A stretch of 64,000 nucleotides of DNA. Source: Octopus sinensis. Taxonomy: Eukaryota. Numbering within the stretch: the first letter of the stretch is position 1; each line of letters opens with the position of its first letter. Below, in pieces: positions 9,899-22,567 of this stretch. The notes beneath the pieces were generated by a model. That model was not told the DNA's origin, ran no database searches, and saw only the letters and a list, made by a program, of their open reading frames with translations. The DNA lies in NCBI RefSeq assembly GCF_006345805.1, contig NC_043005.1, positions 20,088,001 to 20,152,000 on the forward strand. The letters are read 5' to 3'. The translations under genes were made by a program, and so were the position numbers.

Positions 9899-12754
9899 CA
9901 GGGGTCTCCAAAGTACGGCCCGTGGGCCGGATTCGGCCCGCCAAGGTTTTTAATCCGGCCCGCCGAGCTGTCCTCCAAAATTATAAAACAAATGTCGAAA
10001 AACAAGCCTTGCCGAAATCATACAAAAACAAATATACTTTACACCCCTTTTAATACGTTTGACAAATATAGTACAGCAAATAGACGCAAGACGACGCTAA
10101 TTGATTTGCCATCAATTAATGTCTTTAAATTGCGCCGGCGAATTAAAAATTTATACACTAAACTTTAGTGTAAATATAGGTTCTTTTCCACTCCCCCCGT
10201 TTTAACTGACCCATCAGACCCACCATAAAATGAATTAACTTCGCTATGGAGCTACCTATCATTCATCTTAGATAATAGGCGATTGTCAGTGAGATGGATG
10301 GTGCTGCTTACAATGAAGCAGAGATTCAATTTCTAGCTTTATTGATGTCGCAGAAAAGTCAACCTATTCCGTCAACTGTCGAAAGAGCAGATACGACAAG
10401 TATGACGTTAATAAAAGTCCCGTGCCTAGTATAATAAAAGAAGACAAATATCGATTTATCGATGTTACCTACATCTCACGAGCGATGAATAGAGAGGGTT
10501 GAGCCTGACGTTGTGTGGTAGTTTCTAATCCTGGTGCAGTCGCCAATCAGCGTGGAGTAAAGTTCGATGCGCATTCCGTCAGTCAGCACAGACTTGGCGT
10601 TTTCGTTGTGCACAAGTGTGAGTCATTTGTCGTCGTCGCTGCCGAAGTGAATGCACGTATCGAGTGACCTGTGAATATTGTTTTTACTTGTTTCGTCCTT
10701 TTACATATATCGTCGAGCAAAATCTGTCGACCCATGGTAAAAATGTTAGCTCAAGGAAGAAAACGAAAAATCGACTCTGAGTGTAGAGTTTTTAAGGAAC
10801 AATGGAACATAGACTATTTTGTCATAGAGTCAAACAACAAGGCACTATGCGTTATATGCACCGACACAATTGCAGTACTTAAAGAGTACAACATTCGGAG
10901 ACATTATAAAAAAAAGCATTCATCACAGTACTACCAATTCATTGGACAGCTACGTAAAGAGAAATTTGACAAATTAAAGAAGAATTTATCATCAATGCAG
11001 TTTGTTTTCAAGAAGAAGGCTGTAGAAAAAGAGAGAGCAACAAGAGCAAGCTTCCATGTTGCTAACCTTTTGGCGAAGAAAGGTAAGCCATTTACAGATG
11101 GTGAACTTATTAAAAAGTGCTTGAATGAGGTAGCTAAGGAAATGTGTCCAGAAAACGTAGATTTATTTTCCGCAATTAGTCTTTCTGCGAACACTGTTGC
11201 TCGTAGGGTTGAACATATTGAAAGAAATATTAAATCACAGCTAAAAGACAAAGCCAGCAAGTTTGTATGCTTTTCTGTTGCACTTGATGAGTCAATTGAT
11301 GTATCAGACACATCCCAATTGTTATTGTTCATCAGAGGAATAAATGCCAATTTTGAGATTACTGAGGAACTTGTATCTGTGCACAGCATGCATGGAACAA
11401 CAACAGGCATAGATATTTTTAGAGAAGTGGAAAAGTCAGTGGCTGAGTATAATTTGGAATGGAAAAAACTAAAATGCATAACAACAGATGGTGGCAGAAA
11501 TATGTGTGGAACCAAAAAGGGCTTAGTTGGGCAAATTAACAAAGTAATTGAGAATTCCGGTGGATTGAAACCTTTGGTATTGCATTGTATTCTTCATCAG
11601 CAAGCACTGTGTGGAAAGCATCTTGATTTATCATCTGTATTAGATCCTGTGATTTCCACTGTTAACTACATAAGATCTCATGGACTCAAACATCGCCAAT
11701 TTCGTGATTTCTTGGAGGAAATGAATGCTGAGTTTCCAGACCTACCTTACTATACTTCAGTAAGATGGCTTAGCTATGGAAAAATTCTGGCTAGATTTTT
11801 TGAGCTTCGAACTGAAATTGAAATATTTTTAAATGAGAAAAACCATTCACAGGTGTTGCTCAAAGACAGTGAATGGCTCTGGAAATTAGCATTTTCAGCC
11901 GATTTAACTATGCATCTCAATGATTTCAACCTACGGATACAAGGTGAAACTTCACTCATCTGTGATTTGTACTCAAAGGTGAAAGCTTTTCGTAAGAAAT
12001 TAATACTATTTGAAAGTCAGTTAACAAGAAGCTGCTTTACTCATTTTTCACGATGTGACAAATATAGACAGGAAGCTGCCACTCCATTTCCAAACTTGTT
12101 TGCTCAAGATGTCATTTTAGCTTTGAAACAACAGTTTGAAGAACGTTTTTCTGATCTTGATGCATGTTCTTCAAAACTAAGAATTTTTGAAAATCCATTT
12201 AACTCTGTTATTGGAGACTTACCTTCTGAGTTACAAATGGAAGTTATTGATTTGCAATCCAATGACATCCTGAAGGACAAATATAAAGAGGGAAATTTGA
12301 TTGAATTCTACAAATGCCTTCCATCCGACCAATTTCTTCATTTAAGGAGGTTTGCCTGTGAATTCATTTCAGTTTTTGGCACCACATATTTGTGTGAGAA
12401 GACTTTTTCAAAGATGAATACACAAAATCCTGCTACAGATCACAATTGTCTGATGAACATTTAAATGCATTGCTTGTTATTGGAACCACTCATTTTGAAC
12501 CTCAGTTGGACAAAATTTTGTCAGAAATGAAACAATTTCATGTTTCCCCTATTGATCAAAGTTAAAAAAAACATGTTAATTGTTACTGATATTATATACA
12601 TTGTGATTATGTACTGAATAAATAACCTTTTTTAATTATTAATTCACTATTTATTTATATTATTTTGGTAAAATAAATAATTTAGAACATTGGCCCCCGT
12701 AGCTTTAAAAATTCAGCAATGTGGCCCTCCGCTGGAAAACTTTGGAGACCCCTG
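9899..12754 (+). mobile_element. Full-length hAT-superfamily DNA transposon (Charlie/SPIN/GTF2IRD2-like group)
   Basis: Perfect 16-bp TIRs CAGGGGTCTCCAAAGT / ACTTTGGAGACCCCTG, perfect 8-bp TSD ATATAGAA (9891-9898 and 12755-12762), and subterminal GGCCC repeats. Confidence 0.97.
10734..12565 (+). CDS. hAT transposase, about 610 aa if a single 1-bp frameshift near 12417 is corrected
   Basis: N-terminal C2H2/BED-like finger (CVIC...HYKKKH) and motifs ALDES, TTDGG, HCILH, VRWLS and CEKTFS. After ATGAA^TACACA the shifted frame continues YTKSCYRSQLSDEHLNALLVIGTTHFEPQLDKILSEMKQFHVSPIDQS*, an hAT-like dimerisation tail. Confidence 0.9.
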
Positions 12755-13411
12755 ATATAGAACATTATCAAAGGCAGCATCCTCGCTATGACCTACCTGT
12801 TTTGTTTTCCTTTATCTAAGAATGGGAGGTGTGATTTGAAGGAGATTTTGTTGCTATTTCTAGCAGATCAAGATCAATCACACAGATTCCCCTCTCCACT
12901 TTGTTGAGTCAATGAATGATTTAAATGCTTCGTTTGTTTGTTGCTTGTATGTGTATAGAATGTCATGAGATTCTTATTATTATCATTAATTTATAAACAA
13001 AAAAAAATCCATATCGTTATTTAGACAGTAAGCATGGTAGACTATATGCCTTGTGGTGTTTAATAACATTCTTTGACTTCCCAAGTTGAAATCCTATTGA
13101 ATCAGAAGGAAAATAAAAATAAAATCTGAAGCAAAAAAAGAAAGCAAAAGAAAAGGCTGATAGATGTACACAAATATCATTGAGATAGAAGCATCAGACA
13201 ATCAAATCAAAAAAAGGTAATATGCTTTCTTTACTTTAGCTATCTTCTGGAATATTCTTGAAGGTAAAGAAGTAAAAGGGAAGGTAAAGAACAGGCAACT
13301 AAATATAAAAATAATAATTGCATTAATTCTCTTTGGGTTTTTTTTTTCAAATTAAAATAGAAGAAATAAAAAGATATAATGTGTTTGCCTATATAGAGGC
13401 ATGTATGTGTG

Positions 13412-13499
<88 letters not shown>

Positions 13500-14089
13500 C
13501 CCACATATATGTACATTCTTTATATACATGCACACATATATACGTTTATTTTTATATGTATATATATATATATATATATATTTATTTATATATATGTACC
13601 TTATATATTTCAGTCTTTGAAATAGAGACCAAGATATTATATATATCTAAATGTCTGAGATGAATTGTAATAAAAACTGTACATTCAGAACTTAAATAAT
13701 CTTTAAATTGCATATTTTTTTTTTTTTTTCACTTTTCACATTTATTTTATTCTTGTATATAGTGAACAATAGTGTCGTTGGGTGCAGGTTTCCAATGGTC
13801 CAATCACTGGTTCACTGAATTTTTCACAGCAAGACGAACAAGGGATTGTCTGTGCAACTCAGTGGAACAAATACCATAAAGATTGTTTCTTTTTTTATTT
13901 TACTCAAAAACACCCAATTTAAAAGATTTTATTTTTTTAGTTTTCTCATCACTGTTTACAGATTTTGCTGATATACATCAACAGAAGTTATACACACGTA
14001 ATGCACACATTCTCATATGCACACGCATATATATATATAGACACAGAAACAGAAAGAAAGAGATATGAGTAGGAATGTGTAAATGTGTA

Positions 14090-14245
14090 TAGCTAATACA
14101 TTTAAGGTTAACTGGTAGAATTGTTAGAACATCAGATAAAATGCCTTGTAATATTTGTTCCGGAACTTTAGACTTTAGTTTCATATCTAGCCAAGCTCAA
14201 CTTTGCCTTTCATCCTTTTAAGGTTGATAATATGAAATACTAGTT
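14090..14245 (-). mobile_element. SINE family C fragment
   Basis: ctcaactttgcctttcatccttttaaggttgataa core and aaatgcctt motif (degraded, possibly rearranged). Confidence 0.5.
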
Positions 14246-14501
14246 CAGGGCAGAGGATTAGTGAAGTTGTTAGAGGTCAAAGAAAATGCCTTGTGGCATT
14301 TATTTGTTCTAACTCTTTTTATGTTCTAGCCAACAAGATGGAGTCTCATCTTGTATACAAAATCTTGTAAAAAATATGCAAAGGGCAGTAAAGGCAAACC
14401 ACTCATGTATTGCCTAATAAAATCTCCATGCAAGTGCATTTCTTGTGAAAGAAGTCACCAGGAGTCATTTATTGACCTGATAATTAACACACACACACAC
14501 A

Positions 14502-14577
<76 letters not shown>

Positions 14578-15734
14578 CGTATATATAATGAGAGAGAGAG
14601 AGAGGATTAGTACAACAAGCAGGAAAAATAGAACTCACTGCATGTGTGTGTGTGTGTATATATATATATGTATATATTGTTTTACTTTTTTAATGGATGG
14701 AAAATCATGAAGTGAATCAAGAGCCAATAATTTCATGCATAAAATTTATTTATAACCTTACACAAAACTGTTGGCCTTTGAGTCACTTTATAACCTTCTG
14801 CAGATTAATGTGTGTGTGTGTGTGCAACAGGTTTCAACACAGTTTTCATCAATTAAAATTCTGCTCATACGGTATTAGTCAACTCAAGGCTATACGTGAT
14901 TAAATCAAGAACTGTATGGTTGTCTAGCAAACTTCTTAATCACACAACCATGCCTACACCTTATTTACAATATCTGTATATATCTACTTTATATTTCAGT
15001 TTGTTTGATTTCTGAGCTTCTTATTTAAATCTTATTTGTGACAGGAGTAGGGGCCATATTATGGACATCTGAGAATGAGACACCTGATGACAACTGGATC
15101 AAAATGAGATGTAGATATAGGAGAGATATGAATTCTCAATAAGAACATGTTAATAGTTCGTGTATATTGAGCTGTAAATTTTAGAACATAGTGTCCTACA
15201 AGTAAAACCGTGATAACTATCATTTGATGAAGCCTGAGTGTTGTTTGTTGGTGGAGATGTTAGTGGTGTTTATGATGATGTGGTTATGATTTATGGTGGT
15301 TGCAGTGTTGGTGACAGTACTAGTGAGAGAGTAAATGTTTGTAATGTTAGTAGTGACGGTGGTGGTGGTGGTGGTGTGGTGGTGGTGGTGATGGTGAAGT
15401 TAATGATGGTGTGATGTTGGCTGGTAGCGATGATGGCGATGGTGTCGATAGTGATAACGGTGATGGCGGTGGTGGTGGTGGTGGTGGTATGGTGGTAGTG
15501 GTGGTGGTGGTGCCTGTGACGGGCTGCAACAAGGATGAGGAGATGACGGTGATGAATAAATACATAAAGTAGAGTAATGAATGAATAAATATTATGTAGT
15601 TAACTACCTTAAGCTGAAATATAGGCTCTATAATCGGTGACAGTCTCTTACAATCTATAAAACTAATACACACACACACAAACACATGAATATTGAATAT
15701 GTGTGTGAGTGTGCATGTTATGTGTGTCTGTAAA

Positions 15735-15809
<75 letters not shown>

Positions 15810-15902
15810 TATATATATGCATATATATAATGTTTATTATTGTATGCACACACGTTTTATTCTTCTGCTGACTCTCTTCCTCCCTCCCTCTCTCTCTCTC
15901 TC

Positions 15903-15940
<38 letters not shown>

Positions 15941-16050
15941 CACCACTTTCTTTTATTTTCAATTTCTTTTTCCTTTTCACCTCTCTTATTCTTATATATC
16001 TGTCTATATACCTATCTTCCTTGAATTTTTTCAGATTCTCTTTCTATCCA

Positions 16051-16085
<35 letters not shown>

Positions 16086-16271
16086 TTGTCTCACTCTCTC
16101 GCCAAACTTTCTCCCCCTCCCTCTCTCTCTGTCTTTGTCTCACTCTCTCGCTCTCTCTTTCTCTCCCTCTCTCTCTCTGTCTTTGTCTCACTCTCTCGCT
16201 CTCTCTTTCTCTCCCTCTCTATCTCTCTCTTCCTCCCTCTCTCTCCTTCTCTTTGCCTCTATCTCTGACTG

Positions 16272-16314
<43 letters not shown>

Positions 16315-17000
16315 TACACACACACACGCACGCACTCACACACAGAATGCAACTGATAACAGATATGGCAATCATCAACAGTTTATGCATTTTGGAAACA
16401 ACAACAATAACAACATTGATTATACATTATTGATTGATGATTTTTCTCTATATATACAATGTTGTTTCAAAACTCGCTTCTATTACATGTTTTTTTATAT
16501 ATTATTATTGTGTCCTTTTTTTTTCTGTCTATTAATATACGGACTAGACAAGAAAACCTTACCAACGACTCACCATTTTTATTTATACTTTTAGACGTTT
16601 TGTTGTATTTATAGATTTTGTTGTTTTTGTTATGTATACGTTTTGTGATATTTTCTTGAATAAATGCTTCACTAATGAGTGATGGAAAGTTCCATTTGAT
16701 GGCAAGCATCAGGGGTTGGCTTTTCTAATATTCATTTATTATTACTTTTTTTTTTCTTTATCATTATTTTTGTCGTTATTGTTGCTTTTGTTGTGGTTGT
16801 TGTTGCTGCTATTGTCATTGTTATCATCATCAGCAGCAGCAGCAGCAGCATCTTTGATGTTGTTCTTATTTCTGTTACCGTCATCGACATTGTCATCAAC
16901 ATTACTATCATCAGCAACACATCGTCATCGTCATCGGCATATTGTCAAAACTCATCGTTAGGAACATCTTCATTACTAATGTCATTAGCATCTTATGTAG

Positions 17001-17188
17001 GATGGATCCAGCTGTCAGTGGCAACCAGAGATATCGCTCCACTTTTCTGCTGTCTTCTGTCTTTCTTTCTACGAATGTCAAGGTCAAAAATAAGTTGTGC
17101 AAGGGACAGGTCTAAAAGGACTGAGGATGAATCTGCCCCTCCCTTATGAATCCTATATTGTTTCTTCAAGTATTACAGAAGATGATAG
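17001..17188 (+). other. Candidate exon, possibly 5'UTR plus start MNLPLPYESYIVSSSITEDD
   Basis: Non-repetitive island between simple repeats, with acceptor tatgtag| and strong donor TAG|gtgagt. All three plus frames contain a stop. A minus-strand alternative reading (KQYRIHKGG...WIHPT*) also exists. Confidence 0.2.
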
Positions 17189-18297
17189 GTGAGTGGAAAG
17201 AGACAGAGACAGAGGGGAAAGCCTGCTTCTTTCTCCACTATAAATTACATGTTACTGTCTTGAAAAAGGGTGGGGATATATTGGGTATTGTTGTTCAAGG
17301 TACAATAGGCTTGAGAAAATGATTATAGGTCTACTGGATCAGGCTTAACCTGGAGCTAAAAATGTTTTGTTTTTAGGAGGTGGGGTATTGATTTAATCAG
17401 AGAAGGAAAGGCAGCAGCAATTACTATTTTTAGGGCTTCTAATAGACTAGCTAAGGGAAGCCATCTACAGACCTAACCCCAATGCTTTCAAAGGAGTGGA
17501 CTTCACAACAAACATTGATATGCATGATAATAGTGTTGATCTGGTTGAAGGATTTAACCTTCCACCTAAGATTATATTTAAATAATGCAAACTTTAATTT
17601 ATAATATTCCTTATAGTTAGTTTCAAATTGTAATTATTTGGCAAATGATTTATACAGTGTGTTAAAACTGAAACATTTACATTATGAATATATCAAGACA
17701 GCCATTTAAAATGTATCTATACCATTATATCCACTTTTGTTTTATTTTGAAATAGTTATATATCTTATTATAATGAAAAGTATACTTCAGTATGTATATA
17801 TGTAACCAATGGAAATCTCTTCTAAGTGAGTTATACTATAGAGATTTCAATTAGTAATAATTTCAAGAACAAAACAGAACCTCATCAGCTTGCTGAAACC
17901 TGGGATTAGAGGCCTTTAGATCTTCAGCTAAGCTATTTCATCTACTTGTAAATGGCCTCCTAATTAGTAGAAATACATTTACTTTCATTAAAATGAGAAT
18001 AATTTGCTAAATTATATCATACAAAATACACTAATTAATGGGTATAGAAAAAAAAGTCCATTCCAAATTAAAAAATGATTCAAAATATAAAAGGTTTATT
18101 TTGTTTTTATGTAATTTTACTCATTTCTTCTACATGTTTTCAATTTGTCTGAAATACTCGCATGCACGCGCACACACACACACACACCACATGCACACTC
18201 ATACACACACATATATACACACATACACACACACATATACATACACACACACACATGCACACTCATACACACACATATACGCACACATACACACACG

Positions 18298-18358
<61 letters not shown>

Positions 18359-19170
18359 ACACACAGAGTTGAAGAGGGAAGGAGAGAAAGAGGAATATGG
18401 TATATTTGAAACAATTAGTAGGTATCTAACATGATTGATCAATCTGTTGAAAACTGGACAAAACTCTCACAAATCACACCCTAAAATGAAGACTGCATTA
18501 GACATTACAGATTTTGATATACCAACAATGAGACTGTCACAATTGGAATATATTTCATCATGGTTTTTAGACTACAAGCAATTCAGGACTACACAACGGC
18601 ACCAAAGTTTACTTCGAGCCAACGAAAGAAGGCTTCTGCATGGGTATTGTAACTTGCTAGATATAACAGCCAAATTTTGCTCACATCACTCCCTGTTGTC
18701 TTTTATTTTCCAACTGCCAAATTCATTTGCAAGGCTTTGGTTATTTTGGAGCTATAGTAGAAAACAATTGCCCTAGATATCATACAGTGGAACTGAATGT
18801 AAAACCACATAGCTGGGAAGCAAATTTCTTACCCACACACCCTTGCCAACACACACACCCTTGCCTACACACACACACACACACACACACATGTATACAT
18901 ATACACACGTGCACACATACACACACATGGACAAACACAATCACACACACACACACACACATGTACACTTACACACATGGACACAAACACACATACACAC
19001 GCACACACACAAACTTTTTTCAAAATGACAAGCAGACAATCCGATAGTTTCAATCACCATGTTGTATGTGTACAATGGAACTTTTTTCACCCATCGTAGC
19101 ATTAAATATGATCAATAAATAACAGGAAAGTGAATATAAGAGTATATCTATATCTATATCTATCTATCTT

Positions 19171-19234
<64 letters not shown>

Positions 19235-19243
19235 ATATATATA

Positions 19244-19750
19244 CCGTAAATCCTCGAGTATAGTCCGCCCTTGAGTATAATACACAGGGGATTTTTAGGG
19301 GGCTGTACCTCTGAAAAACCTAAACCTTGTGTATAATACACACCCCTTCTCTAACTTGAGTCAAGGAGGTCTATATAATGTCCTTGGTTTGTAAAACTCT
19401 ATATGGTAACGTCCTTTATTATTATTGTATATATAACATAATGCAAACGTAGCTTTTTTGTACATTTTGTTTGCGAAAATAAAGAAATAACAGTAATAAC
19501 GTTTAATAAATGTTGCTTATTGCAAGTTATGGATGATTCTTTTATGACTTTATTGCTTTCAGGCTTAGCTTAAGGTATTTTCATGCCCGACATCACAAAA
19601 TGCGTCTGAATAAACATTGCCGGACAGCAAATAGAGACTCGGACATTGCTTAGAAAATAATTTTCATTTTTAACTTCGTATATAGTATGAACTAGGGATT
19701 TTGACCTTAATTTTGGGAAAAGAATGTGGATTATACTCGAGGATTTATGG
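19244..19750. mobile_element. Non-autonomous Tc1/mariner-superfamily (pogo/Tc2-like) MITE
   Basis: TA|CCGTAAATCCTCGAGTATA ... TATACTCGAGGATTTATGG|TA, inserted in (TA)n. Confidence 0.85.
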
Positions 19751-19763
19751 TATACATATATAT

Positions 19764-19807
<44 letters not shown>

Positions 19808-19849
19808 AATAATATATATATGCATACATACTTTCATGTCTACATATAT

Positions 19850-20465
19850 ACATATACATATGTGGGCACAGAACTTCACAAAACATAAACAACAAAAGAC
19901 ACGAAGTATGAAGACATGGAATAAGGACTTTTTAGCAAGCAACAAAAGAAACAAATGGAAAACAAGACAAGCAACAGAAGGAACGACCCGTCATCAGTTG
20001 TCGGTTGCAAAACCATACAGACCTGAAACCAACAGATGTGGCCTGTGTTTAGAAGAATTTTACAGGATTTTCACATCCAAGGGTAATTCTAGACAAGAGC
20101 AAGCATTGAGGAAATTCACATTTGCCAAGTATAAATGAACATTTATCATTTAAACTATACAAGGCTTTGAAATGATGGACTGAAAATGATTATCCAATAA
20201 GGACTTGAAATAGAGATTATTTGCACCTGATTTAACGGACAACTCTACATTATGCAACATAGAGTTTATAAAAGAAAATCATTAAACAGCCACACCGAGG
20301 GATATCAAGTTAAGACCCTGAAGAGACAGCACCGTTTTATAGCAGGGGTTGCAATTGCAACATTACTAATCAGTGCAATTGAAACATGTGTGAAAGATAG
20401 TATATAATTATAAAATTATAGGTGATGCTGTTGCTACTTCGGAGTAATCCTTATTCTTAATATTG
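19850..20465 (+). pseudogene. Penelope-like element 3' fragment (GIY-YIG endonuclease C-terminus plus terminal region)
   Basis: VAKPYRPETNRCGLCLEE matches the AxPY...CxLCLxEK motif of PLE GIY-YIG domains. Downstream there is a degenerate CTGAAGA...GAAAC. Confidence 0.6.
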
Positions 20466-21080
20466 TCAATATATGTGTGTGTGTGTGTGTGTGTGTTAAA
20501 TGACTGTTAAGACTTTACTATGATGCATTTATCCCATTAGATTTAACCTTAATGTTATTTTCATAATTCATGCAACCTCTTAGATTACTTTACCAACTCC
20601 TTAATTATTTAATTTGATTTAATATAATCCACTATGTCTATAAACACCCTGGAGTACTTAAAGAATTTTGTGTAGTCTTAGAAACACATTTTTTTTTATT
20701 GCATGTTTTATTGCTAAGTTTAATTATTACATATCATTATAAATGTATCCATTTATCATAATTAACTACAAAAGTATCTGTCTTTTTAATATGCATAGAT
20801 ACTTTTTTATCCACTTTCTTTTTATCTGTAGTACTTGAAGAACTGCAAGTAGCTATAGAAACATGTTTATTCTGTATGTGAACTCTCAGCATTAATTGTA
20901 ACATATCATAAACATCCATTTATCATTGTTATTTGTCTAATTAATATTCATTGACACTTAGTTATTTGTTTTTGTCTTCTTATACACATAACCATATGCT
21001 GTTATAGCTATTATAATATGTATATATCATTATATATGTTCAGTTAAAAAATAGCATATGTATATATGTGCACACACACA

Positions 21081-21118
<38 letters not shown>

Positions 21119-21801
21119 ATTTCTAATAATTTTGGCAGGGTACAGTCAATTTAATTGAACCTAGTTCTTCATAGATTTTTTTAATATTGCAATTAGTGAG
21201 CAATAGCATCATTAGCCACAGATTTTTAAAGAGTTCACTGACTTTCTATTAGCCAGAGTAACAGGAGAGTGTCTATAACTTAGTGCAGAACAAATATCTT
21301 AAGGGACTTTCTTTGTAAAGCACTTGTTGTCTAGTTTTCCCAGCTGATATCTATCTTCTTTACAAATGGAAATTAGAATACTACAAGACATATGTTAACT
21401 AAATACCAACACATCGTGTTGGTGTATAAGTTTGTTAATATTTCACATGCATATGTTTGATAAACATACATTTTAGGCCCACATTTAATCCATCAGGGCA
21501 CTATCTCTGTAGAATGAGTTAAAGAACATTTTGAGTAGTTTCATGCTTCATTAACAAGTTCATCAGAAACATTTGCATCATTTGATCTACAGAGAAAATG
21601 TCTTCACCATCTTTGTTAGCTATTGTTATTGTTGTTATTCAGCCCAAGCCTGATCACATGATGTAAACACTCCTGTGATTACATCCTGTGATGTAGTAAC
21701 CAATGCCTTATGAAGAAAGTCCCTTAGGGTATTTGTTCTGCACTGAATTACAGGCACTCTCTTGTCACTCTGGCAAACAGATGAATTAAACATACATATC
21801 A

Positions 21802-21946
21802 TCATCATCATTATCGTTTAACATCCGTAGTCCATGCTAGCATGGGTTGGACGATTTGACTGAGGACTGGCGAACCAGATGGCTGCACCAGACTCCAATC
21901 TGATCTGGCAGAGTTTCTACAGCTGGATGCCCTTCCTAATGCCAAA
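21802..21946 (-). mobile_element. RTE-LINE 3' end (family B)
   Basis: (CAT)n-cgtttaacatccg..ccatgctagcatgggttggacg...ctggatgcccttcctaa. Confidence 0.85.
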
Positions 21947-22527
21947 ATATTATATATGTAATTGCATATCATTTCTATCATAGCAGACCTATGATTAAAG
22001 TCATCCTAATCCTCACCATCCTGTTTTTAGCGATCCCTGGACCACATTGTCTTACATGAATAGTAGAGCGTAACTTGAAGGAGATTCAACTGTTAATTTT
22101 AGCAGGTCTAGCAATCAGGTAGAGGATCACTCATTAGCTTATCTTAGTTAGTGTAACAATTGTCTGCTTACATAGCATATATACAATGCGCGTGTGTGTG
22201 TGTGTTTGCTCATGCATGCATCTGTGTATGTGTGTGTGCATGTGTAGATGCATGTGTGTGTATTGTACTACAGAATATGTCTATAGATTTTTAGCCAATA
22301 TGCTCTGTGTGTGTACGTATTGTGTGTGTGTGTGTGTTTATGTATAAAGAGCGAGAGAGAGACAGGTAGATGTTAACAGCTTGTCTATATATTTGTGAGT
22401 TTGTATGTGTGTGTGATATGCATATGTTTGTATGTGTGTTTGTTCAATGTTTTTCAAGCTGTAATTCAACCAGGTCAACATATGGTCTGCTGGCATAAAC
22501 AGATTGTCAGCTTATTATCCTACTACA

Positions 22528-22567
<40 letters not shown>

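Larger units (their letters stand above)
9866..12900 (+). repeat. Older short interspersed repeat (family F) split by the hAT insertion
   Basis: The flanks join into gttgtttagc...ctgatc...atcaaaggca...gtgtgatttgaaggagattt...ctatttctagcag, similar to copies near 21985-22135, 36115-36310 and 38470-38670. Confidence 0.55.

Noticed and set aside
10671-10733. ORF-track start of the transposase (MNIVF...)
   Set aside because: It starts at GTG and the extension is not transposase-like. The first ATG at 10734 (or 10743) precedes the conserved KRK..ECRVF motif.
10931-11542. 203-aa antisense ORF
   Set aside because: A shadow of the transposase reading frame, with no independent features.
15300-15540. 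G-rich (GGT)n / Pro-His-rich ORF
   Set aside because: A simple trinucleotide repeat; G-quadruplex potential is trivial for such tracts.
18435-18776. 113-aa ORF
   Set aside because: Its 3' part is a degraded reverse SINE A and the rest may be an eroded LINE end, so it is not a credible gene.
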